Part shown: piece by piece, positions 1 to 11,100 of the stretch | How the letters are laid out: each line of letters begins with the position of its first letter | Numbering within the stretch: position 1 is the stretch's first letter | From: Oikopleura dioica | Taxonomy: Eukaryota > Animalia > Chordata | NCBI GenBank assembly: GCA_907165135.1 | Contig: OU015568.1 | Coordinates: 13,268,001 to 13,332,000, forward strand | Length of the DNA: 64,000 nt | Direction of reading: 5' to 3' | The notes under the pieces: generated by a model | What the model was told of the DNA's origin: nothing | Databases searched by the model: none | The model's input: the letters and a program-made list of their open reading frames with translations, nothing else | Program-made: the position numbers and the translations under genes

Positions 1-10
1 CTGATAAAAG

Positions 11-169
11 CAAGCTGAAGCCGAGAGGGTATCGCAAGAAGCTATTCAACAAGAAGAAGAAGAGCTTGATTTGGAAGAGGAACTAAGCCCAGAAGAAATT
101 GTACTCCGAATGAATAATGTAAACATAAATGAATTCGGTCGAGACCCAGACAAAGCTTCGGTTCAATAG
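11..169 (+). CDS. Possible last exon of an upstream gene (acidic, Glu-rich)
   Basis: Open frame after TAAAAG reads QAEAERVSQEAIQQEEEELDLEEELSPEEIVLRMNN...SVQ*. No homology recognised. Confidence 0.3.
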   Translation, partial: QAEAERVSQEAIQQEEEELDLEEELSPEEIVLRMNNVNINEFGRDPDKASVQ

Positions 170-221
170 AAACAAGATCAGACTTTGAGCTGATGGTATT
201 TTATGAATTAAATATTGAACC

Positions 222-2022
222 ATGCTAAAAGGTGATGTTGTTTTCTTGGCGCAGTGTCAATGCTTCCGAGCAGAGTCAGAAATCATCAAAAAGCACTCGA
301 ATAAATTGACAAGACTTGTCGAGGAGCACATTGGCGAAGAGTTCATTCCCCTCGAATGTTCCGCAGTTATTCTTGATCATTTGCTCAATTCGTTCTACAG
401 CATTTCGAGATTAAAGTTGGAAACGATAGGTAAATTATTTGATTTAAAAGCTAAGCTAACGATGATTATAGAATGTCTGATGCTTTTGCACGCCGCACAG
501 CGATATGAATGTAGAAAAACACGTGACTGGTGCGTCGAGCAAATCAAGAAAACACTCGTGTCCTCAGATGCGATGGCGTTATTAGTGGCGCTGGACATTG
601 TCGCTAGATATTGTCAGAATCCACCACCTCAACTTGACAACCTTGTAGCCAGCTGTGTCAACTATCTTATCAACAACAACGCGTTTGGACGTATTGAGGG
701 AGTAAAGCAATTCCATCCAAAGATTTTCGCTATGGACGAGTCAGTCCTCACACAATTAGCGGTTGGTGTCGCCGAAAATGGCTCAGGGAAAGGGTCAATT
801 CATGAAGAATTGGAAAGATTAGCCAGAACTTTTATAGAACCCTTCGAAAAGGAGACTCGATCGTCGAATTTTGAAAAATTCTTAATCTTTGGGCGGGAGA
901 GCAACGGTAAACTTGTCATAAAAAGCTTTATAACTAGGGGAAATCACTAATAATTTGACTTTTTTTAGGGCTTAGTAGGGTGGGCTTATAATACATTTTT
1001 AGAAAGCCCAGAAGCTGGGAAACATTTTGACTATAGATACTTGGGGGTGATCTCGTACCCTGAGGGCATTTAGGTACGTCCAAAGTCCCAAAATCTGGCC
1101 AATTCCAGAAATTGGAATTTTTGAGGCAATAACTCGACCTTTCAGAAGGTGCAATCTATCCCAGATTGTAGCCCAGGCTCTGAGGGTCATTTTGAGATAT
1201 AGAAAAGTACTGAGACCCGGGGGTTTCTGAGGAGGTAGAGGCTCTTGAAGTTGGGGCACTCGACAAAAATTGAGTACTTTTTTACAAAAAGTACACCATT
1301 TGTGTCACAAATGCCTCCCAAACACTTTTTATCTATGTTTTTTCGTTAAAAAATATTTAAGGAGTCATTTGGGGCATCCGAGGTCAGATCGGGTCACTCA
1401 TGAGAGTTTTCTAAATTTTTCATAATTTTTGACCTAGAGTGACCTCAGATGACCCCAAATGACTCCTTAAATATTTTTAAACGAAAAAACATAGATAAAA
1501 CGTAGATAAAAAGTGTTTGGGAGGCATTTGTGACAAAAATGGTGTATTTTTTGTAAAAAAGTACTCAATTTTTGTCGAGTGCCCCAACTTCAAGAGCCTC
1601 TACCTCCTCAGAAACCCCCGGGTCTCAGTACTTTTCTATATCTCAAAATGACCCTCAGAGCCTGGGCTACAATCTGGGATAGATAGCACCTTCTGAAAGG
1701 TCGAGTTATTGCCTCAAAAATTCCAATTTCTGGAATTGGCCAGATTTTGGGACTTTGGACGTACCTAAATGCCCTCTGGGTACGAGATCACCCCCAAGTA
1801 TCTATAGTCAAAATGTTTCCCAGCTTCTGGGCTTTCTAAAAATGTATTATAAGCCCACCCTACTAAGCCCTAAAAAAAGTCAAATTATTAGTGATTTCCC
1901 CTATTTATAACCATACTGTGATATTCAGCGAAAGCTCCCGAGGTGCACAATTAAAAGATATCCTTGAGTGTCTAAGGCTTGAAGATAAGCTCAACTCTAC
2001 TCAGATTTCGAAAATCATACAG
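222..2022 (+). CDS. BTB/POZ(-BACK-like) domain protein; a transposon lies in its presumed intron
   Basis: GDVVFLAQCQCFRAESEIIKKHSNKLTRLV matches the BTB N-terminal pattern (DV-h-h...F-x-AH..VLA.S..F..L). The ORF stop at 948-950 lies inside the inserted element. A probable downstream exon at about 1929-2022 reads SRGAQLKDILECLRLEDKL. The splice phase was not resolved. Confidence 0.55.
935..1903. mobile_element. Non-autonomous hAT-type foldback DNA transposon (969 bp)
   Basis: Ends are TAGGGGAAATCAC...GTGATTTCCCCTA. An exact 8-bp TSD TTTATAAC lies at 927-934 and 1904-1911. The inverted arms are about 450 bp with only a few mismatches and a loop of about 50 bp. TAG...CTA ends with an 8-bp TSD are characteristic of hAT. 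Confidence 0.9.
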
Positions 2023-2049
2023 GTAGGATTGTTATCGATTGAATCTCGT

Positions 2050-4098
2050 TAGTAGTGATTTTAAGTTCCAACATTTTCACGAAAACTTCGAACCTCTTCA
2101 ATTTCTATCGCTTGCTATTGCCAAGGTCATTCTGACAAAGCACAATTAAAAATATTATGTTCCTGCTCATTGAAACGAATAAAGACTAAACATCGAATAC
2201 AAACAGGTTACTGACAATTTGAGACATTAACTCACATGGTCAGTAGCAACAAAGTCACGCTTTTTCAGCTGATTCATTTGAATAAGTCGAAGGCCGTCGT
2301 TGGAAACAATCAAATTCATAAGAATAGGTCGTAGTTTTCGTTTGAGCACATTACCAACTCCTTCCCACAAAGTTTTCCCTCCTTGAAAAAATAAACAATT
2401 CAATTCAAATGAAGCAACTTAAAGGTTAACCTTTATGATGAGGAACTCTAGCAGAGCCAAGATAATAGAGAGTGAATAAAGCAGGTGGCGTTTCAAGAGC
2501 AGTCGCATACAGGCCTGGCAGAACACCTTTCTTTCCCGTTCGCAATGAAGTCCCCATCACCCTAAAGTGGCATAAATTAGGATGAATTCGATATTATTGT
2601 TAGCAATTCAGCATAACAAGCTTGTTTTCATTTCTAAATTTTTATCAACAGCGGCGCTGCTCTCGCAGCTGTTTAATCTTATCTAGCGAGACACGATTCC
2701 TCCATAAAAGTAACGAACGACCTCTCCAACAGCATCAAACGAAAACAATAAACATGAAGCTTTTTAACTTTTTCCTCGCTGTCGCCATGGCTCAATCTAC
2801 CCTCTCCCCAAGAGGCAAGATCAAGGATGAAGAGAAAGGCCCCCGACAGTGCGGAAAAGTCAAGCTCGCTGACAACCCTCTCGCCAACGGTTTGACTATC
2901 GAGTGCAAATCTCGAAACGGCAAGGCGAAGAACCCCCATCGAACCAAGCGATGCAAGGGTAAGTCAATTTATTATCTACTCCGAATTTCATTTTACGCTT
3001 TTAGCTCGATGTGTTGATTCTAAGAGAAACAACAACACTCCTAAGAAGTTCTTCTGTGTTGACAACAAGTGGATGAACAAGAAGGGTACCCAGGAGCTCA
3101 ACGTCAACAACCTCGGTTGCAAGTAAATCAATGAAAAGCCCCAAAAATGAGCATGCTGTGGTGCAAAACCCAATATCATCATTTATTCTCTGGCTTACTT
3201 TCTCCCTATTGTCATAAACCAATGGTAATCATTTGACAAGATGTGCGTTTTGACCATCTGATTACGCTGGTTTCACAATCACACATTTCTGTTAATTTGA
3301 AAAATAAATAAAAATCGAAATCAACGATTATGCGACGTACCATTCATCATTAATATTTTCTGAGGGCTTGATCACCAGTGGCTCGCCAATGCTGACGGGT
3401 AGTTGGCCCTTCACCTTCGCAGAGAGTCCAAATGAAGCGATGTGGGTTGGAACAACAACCTTCAATGAATCAATTATGAGAGCGAGTTTTCAAGCACAAA
3501 CCTTTCCTTTGAGAACAGCAGCATCTACCTCTAAGGGCCTGAATACTCCCCATCCACATAATTCTTTGAACGAAGCTTTCGTGATTGGCTTCTTGTCTAA
3601 AATCAACGTTACTACAGAATCTTTGAAGCTCCGGAACATACAGTTCAAAACTTCATACGACAACAATTTGACTACGATAATATTTGCCTTCAGAAAGGCG
3701 AGAATGATTGACTCTGGATTGTTCGGCCGGTCTGTCGTACGCGTCGGAAAGGGAGAGGCACTTTTTAGGAGGAGCTTGTTTGGCATCGCGGAGACTTTGA
3801 GAACGGGAGAGAGGAGCACGGCGCTGAGGTAGAAGTCCTATCGGTTTACTGAACTTGTTGTCAGAATAAACATACAAGAAGCAGCTTACTTTGACCGGAG
3901 AGAAACAAGCGACTCCATCGAACTTGTGTAATCATCGCGCGTTATTTCTGAGAGATCCATGTCCGAGAAATCGTCGATTGTTAAGTCCCGAGTAAGCCTA
4001 AAGTTGGTTTGTGATCCCGAATCGAGCGAGGTTTCTTACTTGTTAACATCATAGCAAAAACTCGCCGGCCGTGGCGAAGACGCCGGTTTCGGCACCAT
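2050..4098 (-). CDS. MAPK8IP1/2: JNK-interacting protein 1/2-like scaffold (N-terminal motif, SH3, PTB); 3' end approximate
   Basis: Spliced translation: KLTRDLTIDDFSDMDLSEIT (JIP1 has [20 protein letters not shown]); SH3 THIASF...LPVSIGEPLVI...DEW|VMGTSLRTGKKGVLPGLYA; PTB start YLGSARVPHHKG and RPILMNLIVSNDGLRLI. The ATG at 4098 follows TTTTAG-a. Confidence 0.75.
2754..3126 (+). CDS. Small secreted Cys-rich basic protein, nested antisense in a JIP intron
   Basis: Signal-peptide-like MKLFNFFLAVAMAQ. A 46-nt GT-AG intron (2959-3004) joins ...KRCK to ARCVDSKRNNNTPKKFFCVDNKWMNKKGTQELNVNNLGCK*. Six Cys in total. Confidence 0.75.
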
Positions 4099-4288
4099 TC
4101 TAAAAGCAATAAATTTAATTTCTTTAATAAAGAATCTTTAAATTTAAATTAAATAGAATTACTGTCATCGAGTAACGAGCAGAAACGCTGAAGAAATCAA
4201 GCAGAAGAGTGTTCACAATGATAGTTGAAATCGCTGAAAACTCAAAATATACAAATTTGTGAAGCTTAGTGAAAAATTCTTTGACGAG

Positions 4289-5924
4289 CTAGGAATTGAA
4301 AGGCAGAGTCTCGGCCTTTTCATAATCACTTGGCGAGCTAGAGTAACTGCTCGGCAATTTCTTGCTTTCGCTTTTCTCTTCATTTTGTGGGAGTGGAATG
4401 ACGATGAGGATCATTGCGGCGAACGATAATCCAATTCCAAGAAGTTGCTGCGTGCTGAACGTGTTCTAAAATAATTTTATTAGTTTACCGGCGCGGCTTT
4501 AAATTGCAAGAGTCAGTACCCCCCAGAGGAATCGGTCGATAACTGCATTAGCGGGAACTGGGAGACTGTAGCCGATGGCGATTAGGAGGGGAAAGGTCAC
4601 CGACACGCCATAATTGACAAGCCAATTGAAGAAGAGTCCACATGTCGACTGAATATAGACGTTATCTTGGATAATTGTTCTTCGTTTCATTATCTCTCAT
4701 CAATTCTCTTACCGAGGCAATAAGAAAAGTCCAAGTTTCTGTGTCCTTTGGAAACTTTTCTATGTCGGTTATAAACACGTAACAGACGGCTGGGAAGGAA
4801 ATAAGCACAGAAAACAGTCCAATTAGTGTCAGGAAAAGGGAGACTTGGCCGCTAGAAATTGTTCCAAGGAGCTTTTTAAAAGTAATTTTGTACGCAGCGG
4901 CACCAAATGCTGCGAAAAGTACTGGAATGAAGAAATTGACCTGATCGGCGAATCCGACACATGTATTTTCTTGAAAAACGTCGATGCAACTAAAATTTCT
5001 TCGGATCTCACCTGTGACCGTTGCATTAGTTCCACTCTCTGCTTCAAGCTCGTCACAATTAGAAGTAAGCGTAAGACACAAAACGCCTCCAAAAGCGAAC
5101 AAGGAAGCTAGTAATTGACGCACATTCGAGGCGACACCCTCATTCTTCACTCCCTGAAAATTTAATTTTTATTCTGCATAAATTCCTCTTTCAAACATTT
5201 CCCTAGGGACCTCAGAGGAAAATTGCCATTTTCGGAAAAGTTCAAACTTTTGATCTTTGACGAAAACAGCATTTATTATTTATCTTTATTCAGAAGTAAA
5301 TTATACTGAAGTAAATAATGAAAGCATCCTCTTTCGCGTACGACAGAATTAATCCGCAAGCAGCCCACTTCTGTACTTACCAGTAATAAAAGAGAAAGAA
5401 GATATACAAACATAATTTCGGATGCCATGATAGCCGAGACGGTGGTATTGCTGAGATTGATAAGGGACCGCGCATAGAGGTAGTTGGTGACGAGATAGAT
5501 AAATGTCAAAGGAAGAACCTTCGTGAGAATAGGCTTCAAAGAACATACTCGCACTCCAGGGCCAAATAACGAGAACGGGGATGAGAGGCCAAATGTCAAC
5601 GGTTGTGACTTGAATTTGTTTTGAAGAACGACTATTGTTGAGTTGATAAGTTTAAATGCTAATTGCGTGCTTTATTACCTGATAATGCGTACCCAGGGAA
5701 ACACAAAATAAGGAAGAGCGTTGAAAACGCTGTGAAAAATACGGGACTGAAGGTGTAGCCAACAAACTTCTTCATTAATTGAGCCGCAGAAACATTTGCG
5801 ACCATGATACTTTCACATAGGTATTGAAAAATATTCGTCGTTGAAATTCTATTTTCTTCCTTGATTTCAAACCTTTCCTAAAAACGAGGACGATACCGAC
5901 AATCAATCGATGACTTCTTCCCAT
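4289..5924 (-). CDS. SLC35F3/4: SLC35F3/F4-like drug/metabolite transporter (putative thiamine transporter family)
   Basis: Exons encode TNYLYARSLINLSNTTVSAIMASEIMFVYLLSLLLL and FNWLVNYGVSVTFPLLIAIGYSLPVPANAVID, which match family motifs. Stop at 4289 after ...ETLPFNS. Confidence 0.8.
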
Positions 5925-7081
5925 TTCTCAATCTTTCTCTCGCTCTTAAAAAATAAGTTCAACCTCACGGGCGGACAAAACACATCCTCAAATCGGTGCA
6001 TATGCTCCAGAGTTGAAAAACGTCCCAAAAGGCTTATCCTACGAATAATTCATCTCGAATGTATAAATAAGTAAAATCCCTGCTTGCCCAGCTGCATTTA
6101 TCGGATTCTATTTTTGGTGTGGGAAGGATTTGTGCGGCTACTGCGCGTCGGTATCGATTAGCAAGGGTACATTATACAAAAAGAGATAGTCAATAATTAC
6201 TTACTCAGCAAAGATTTCGAAGTTATCTTATATGAATCGAAATTAAATATTCTCTCACTAAATAAATAGAAACTCGCTTTATTAGACTTGACACTGAGAC
6301 ATCTATCTAATTGCCTCTGACCATAAAAAGAATTCTCCTTTATAATTTCAACTTGAAAACAAACGTCTCTGTAGAAAAAGTAACAATTTGTAGAGAGGAA
6401 AGGTAACGGCACGAATAGTCTCTGGGGGAAAAGGATTTAATTTGCCGTGGTGGGGAGTTATTGCTCAAACTGTGTCCTGCGCGGCGGCGACATGAAAAGC
6501 CAAACTGACCACTTTTCAATAAATAAACTGTCGAGGGATGCGGGCTGGTATTTCTTATTCAGGTTCAAAAAGAATTCAATACTGTGTTTCTGGGATAAAA
6601 TCAATTTATGCAGACTCGAAATGACAAGTTTCTCGATAATAAAATCTTTTTGATTGTTTATCGGGTAAACAAAGACTGTCTGCATATATTTTGCCTCTGC
6701 CACATTGCATTTTTTGAAAACACACACAAAATGCAAAATTCAGAAGAACACGTCAACTCAAATTAATAGCAGCAAGATTTATTGCACATCGTAAAGGGGT
6801 AAAAATGCTAGAGAGATAGAGGAACGGAAACGTACTGTTTCCGCGGGTTGAATAAATAAAGGTAACAGTGAATAAAAACAGAAAATAGATGATCTCTACG
6901 GGATTTTGGCTTTTTTCTAAATTTGAAACTACAGGTTCTTGTCTAACAGGTTTTTAAGTGTGACCAAAAATTTCCGTAACTTTTGATTGGGTTAATATAA
7001 TTACGATCTGTAACTTGCAGAATGTAGCCGAGTATTGGTTTATTCATTTAAGATAGAGTTGGTGTCAATAACTATTCTGGT

Positions 7082-7152
7082 GGTGGAGTTATGACGTCAT
7101 CAAAATGCATTATAAAAGGGCGCATTCAACTTTGTGACGTCATAACTCCACC
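7082..7152. repeat. 18-bp perfect inverted repeat (hairpin) carrying two CRE palindromes around a TATAAAA
   Basis: GGTGGAGTTATGACGTCA (7082-7099) pairs with TGACGTCATAACTCCACC (7135-7152). Confidence 0.8.
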
Positions 7153-7299
7153 TCCACGGGTGCAAATAACACCAAAAGCTTATTTAACACACTACAGACC
7201 CTCCCTAACAAGGTGCAAAAGAGAGAATCGAAATATCTCGACTCTAACACCTTCAAAAATGCTCCACCAATTTTGGACACACTTAAAAATAACCTGTTT

Positions 7300-8952
7300 C
7301 TACCAGTCAGTGTGGTATTCCCAAGTTCGAGGATTCGGAGGTGAAATGTACACTAATCTCGTTTAAATAACTATGATCCGAAAATATCCTACCTCTTTTG
7401 TTCTTATAAAGCGCAGTGACGACTCCGTAGTAGCCCATTCGAGGAACACCGGCCTTGAAGTCCTGCATAACGCTGATTTTTCTGGCAATATTTTCAAATT
7501 CTTTCTTTGTTTCGTAAATCAATTTTACTTCTGGAACTTGTAGCATCTCAAAATCTGAATCTTCGTTAGCAGAGCCGCTCTAACTTTTTTACCTGAAATT
7601 GAGGCAACGGGGACATTTTCAACTTTTCGTAAGAACTGCTCATCATACTGTCTTCGTTTGATGGAATTTAAATCGAATTGATTCCAATTGAAATCGCCAT
7701 GGAACTCGTGGATTTTCCCCAAGTACTGGTCAAAGAACTGGCCGTTTGAAACACCAACTTTTCCAAACGTCGAAGTTCGTGGTACTTCTGGGTGAATGCA
7801 CTGACGGCCTTTTCGTTGCTCGACATTCCTAACCCAGTCGTCCCAGAATGCAGTTGGCCAGGTTGAAGAGAACTCTTCATCCCAAATCTATAAACTTAGT
7901 TAAAATGAAATTCAAACCATGTAGGTACCTTTTTGGAGAGCATCCAACCGAGACCTCCAAAAAAGTCAGTTCTATAGACAAGAGCTGGATTTTGCTCAAT
8001 TTGATCGTCTTTTCCATTATCATTCCATGTCGAAAGGCAGAAGAGGTTTTCATTGGGGTCATTTAGCAACGGAGAGAATTTTCGGAAGAAATCGATAAAA
8101 TCGTGAGAAACTAGAAGATCATCCTCGACGATGATTGTCCCAAGAGCGTTAGGAAACTTTTTGAAGATATTTGAAAGAGCGAATTTGTAGTGGCGGCTTG
8201 AAACAGACTTGATTAGGGTAAAAAACGAAAACCAAATAGTACCTTAATTTGAAGTAGCCTTGCATGTTTCTTTTTACATCAGGAAAGTCGGACAAATCCG
8301 GCTGATATATTGCACTGATGTGGTCATTTTCACGCGTGTATCTTTCGATGACTTCTTTTGTGCCCGCGTGGCCGCAGTCTTGCGATACAACGATCGGATG
8401 CGATGAAACTTCAAGGTGTTTTCTTGCTGTAAGAATAGAATCAAGTGCTCTATTCACTGTTACACGATTACATGCTTTATCGAGGGTCGATCATTTACCT
8501 CTAGGCTAGAGGCTCTAGCTAACATGATAGCAAAGGAATCAAAGAAAGAGATCCCTTAAATCGTCAAAAAATGATCGGCCCTTCCTATGACGAGGATCGG
8601 GATAAGAACATCATCTTTCTTACTATCCTCTTTGAGATTCGTTCTTGGAGGAGGCCGAGCATGTCTATTAGCTTTTTCTTCAGCAAAAACCTTCAGTTTG
8701 TCATAAATTCCAGACACTTGACCTTTGATAAGACTATTCCGTTCATTTAGTTCTTCAATTTTTGATTCCAGATCCGAGAGAGAACTTTGGAAGAGGCTTG
8801 AGTGGAAGCGATTTCGATCATCAAAAAGTTCTGAATGTTTTCGTTAAGACTAAGACTCATGTAGATGAATTTTTACCAGAAAAGAGTGTAAAATTTGTGA
8901 TAATGGCCACAACAAAAAGGCATCCAAGCCATCGGGCTAGCGAGCGATCCAT
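7300..8952 (-). CDS. MGAT1: Alpha-1,3-mannosyl-glycoprotein 2-beta-N-acetylglucosaminyltransferase (GnT-I, GT13)
   Basis: IVVSQDCGH, IIVEDDLLVS (EDD at about 8119-8127), STWNDNG, YRTDFFGGLGWML, WPTAFWDDWVR, PEVPRTSTFGKVGVSNGQFF. N-terminal TM anchor, C-terminus YHTDW*, GT-AG introns. Confidence 0.9.
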
Positions 8953-9178
8953 CTGCAACTACGTACTCATTCTTAAAAGCGTATTTGGAGACCGAAATTG
9001 AAAAAGTATTCATGACATGTATTTTTCCATTGAACTTGAATTCGGTGTAAGAGATGAAGAAATGATTAGAAAGATAAATAGAGTCCCGCTAAAACTAAAA
9101 ACGGATGGTTAAAAATAAAGGTCGTGTTAATTAAGGGCTGCAACGAGTCGTTTTTGAATTTCGTCGCTCCAATAGAAG

Positions 9179-10111
9179 TTATTCGTCTTTTTTGTTCCCG
9201 GAGTCTTTCGCCTTTAAATGATTTATATTTATTCAACGGAAAATAGTTCGGCAATGAAAATCATTCCTGAAGCTCTTCACAAACTCGATCGTACTCTCGG
9301 GTAAGTCCCTCTGCCTGAGACTTCATGGCTTCAATTTCTTTCTAAATGATAAATTTAGAAGGAGTTTGGAAACTCATTTCTTTACATCTTTTTGGTTCAG
9401 TTCTTTATTGGCTTCTCCGAGTTCTTTTTGGGCAGACGCCAGTTTCTTCTCCATTTCCTTGACCTTATCTTTGAGCTCTTGCTCGACCTCGTCAGCACCT
9501 ATCAACGGAATGAGCAAAATGCACTTATTCCTTGGCCCACCTTTCTCTTCCTTTTCTTTATTCTGGTCAAGAAGAAGCTCCGCGGTTCGAGAGGCAGATT
9601 CCGCCTGAGATTTCGCAGCTGAGGCCTCGGCCTTAGCAGTTGCTTTGTCCTTCAGCAATGACGCCAATCGTTGAATAACAATCCACAGAAAGAGCGAGAA
9701 TCCACTTCAAATTTATCTCATTATCAACCAAATTTAAAATAACTCCACCTGATGTAAAGATTTCGCTGGGAGCGGAATTTCCACATAAGAATATGGTTCA
9801 AAGTGTCTGGATTAACAGTTGCTTCTGCTTTTGCCTGCTCTTCCCGTTCGATGTATTTTTGCATCTCTCGCCAGGCATCGACGCAGAAAAGACCGAGGAT
9901 GGAGGCAAGCATGTAGAAAAGGGTCGATCTACGGCTTCAGTTATCAACAGAAAACGCCAAAAACAAACCCATTGCTGGAGATTTTCTTAGCGATTCCCGA
10001 TTTGAAGAGAGAGCTCCACCACTTTGAAGAAATCGGCCGCAAGCAGAGTAAAAGCGTTATTCCCAGCTCCACATAAAGAATAGCAGCCACAAATTGCCAC
10101 TGAAACGACAT
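9179..10111 (-). CDS. BCAP31: B-cell receptor-associated protein 31/29
   Basis: MSFQWQFVAAILYVELGITLLLCL, DAWREMQKY, FRSQRNLYISGFSLFLWIVIQRL, coiled coil, MKSQAEGLTREYDR. A last exon AKDSGNKKDE* supplies the KKXX ER-retrieval motif via a GA-AG intron (9212-9266). Confidence 0.9.
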
Positions 10112-10266
10112 TCTTGAAAGAAACACAACTTGAAAATTGATTTTAACGAAGTTTATTTTGAACTTTCAGTAATCAGTAGAACCCTCAAAAGTTTCATTTT
10201 CATGCGCTTTGCAGTCCGCGTTTCTCGATTTGAAATTCAAGATATTTTTCATTGACTTTCGTCGAC

Positions 10267-11100
10267 GGCAGCAACCGTTTTGCCCGTTTTTCCGTTCTGC
10301 CCAAATGCCGTTTTGCCCGAAATTCCGTTCTGCCCGTTCAGGGCAAAACGGAAAAATGTGCTGAACGGAATTTTGGGCGAAACGGCATTGGGCAAAACGG
10401 CATTTAGGAGAATGAAAATGAAGATGAATCTCGCTCTTTAGTATCCAGGGGCCATTTTCTCTCGAATGCTTTTCTTGATAGACTTATCTTCCAATGGTCC
10501 TCCAGCAACGGCCACTTTGAGCTGCGAAACCAAATATGCATGTAGATTCTCCCTTTCCCCCTACTCCCAAACCGGAAGTAATTAAGAAAGTTACTTTGAT
10601 TCAAGCAGCTGATAATAATTGGAAGTGATTTAGTTCAAAAATCTATCATCAAAAGACTTTAACGATAGCGGAGAATTAAAATTCTAATTTTTTGTCTTCC
10701 ATATCTTCAGTCTTGAGGATGATCTGGGCCGTGCTTGATCACAATTCCCGGCTCAGGATACCACCAGTTTTTGTTTACTCAAGGATTCACACCGAGACTT
10801 GCTCCAACTTGGGCCCAGGGGCAGCCTCTGCAGGAGTTAACACCGGCGGCGTGGTCCCTTACATCTCCTTCACTCGGCTCGACACCTCCTGCACGTTCTC
10901 ACTCGGCGGGGGTCGGGCCAACCGAATCTTCGCCTTCATCATCAAATTCAAAATAATTTTCTAAATTTCGCTTCGAAAATGACGTTTTGCCCGAAAATTC
11001 GTTCTGCACATTTTTCCGTTTTGCCCTGAACGGGCAGAACGGAATTTCGGGCAAAACGGCATTTGGGCAGAACGGAAAAACGGGCAAAACGGTTGCTGCC
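10267..11100. mobile_element. Non-autonomous long-TIR DNA transposon, MULE-like (834 bp)
   Basis: Ends are GGCAGCAACC...GGTTGCTGCC. TIRs of about 115 bp (10267-10384, 10983-11100) are built from CCGTT(T/C)TGCCC repeats. The 9-bp TSD TTCGTCGAC/TTTGTCGAC has one mismatch. No transposase is visible. Confidence 0.8.

Noticed and set aside
999-1259. 86-aa ORF in the track
   Set aside because: It lies wholly inside the palindromic transposon arm and has no transposase motifs.
10267-10400. Short repeated CCGTTTTGCCC units resembling a CRISPR or iteron array
   Set aside because: No unique spacers of regular length, eukaryotic context, and the repeats are mirrored 600 bp away as transposon TIRs.
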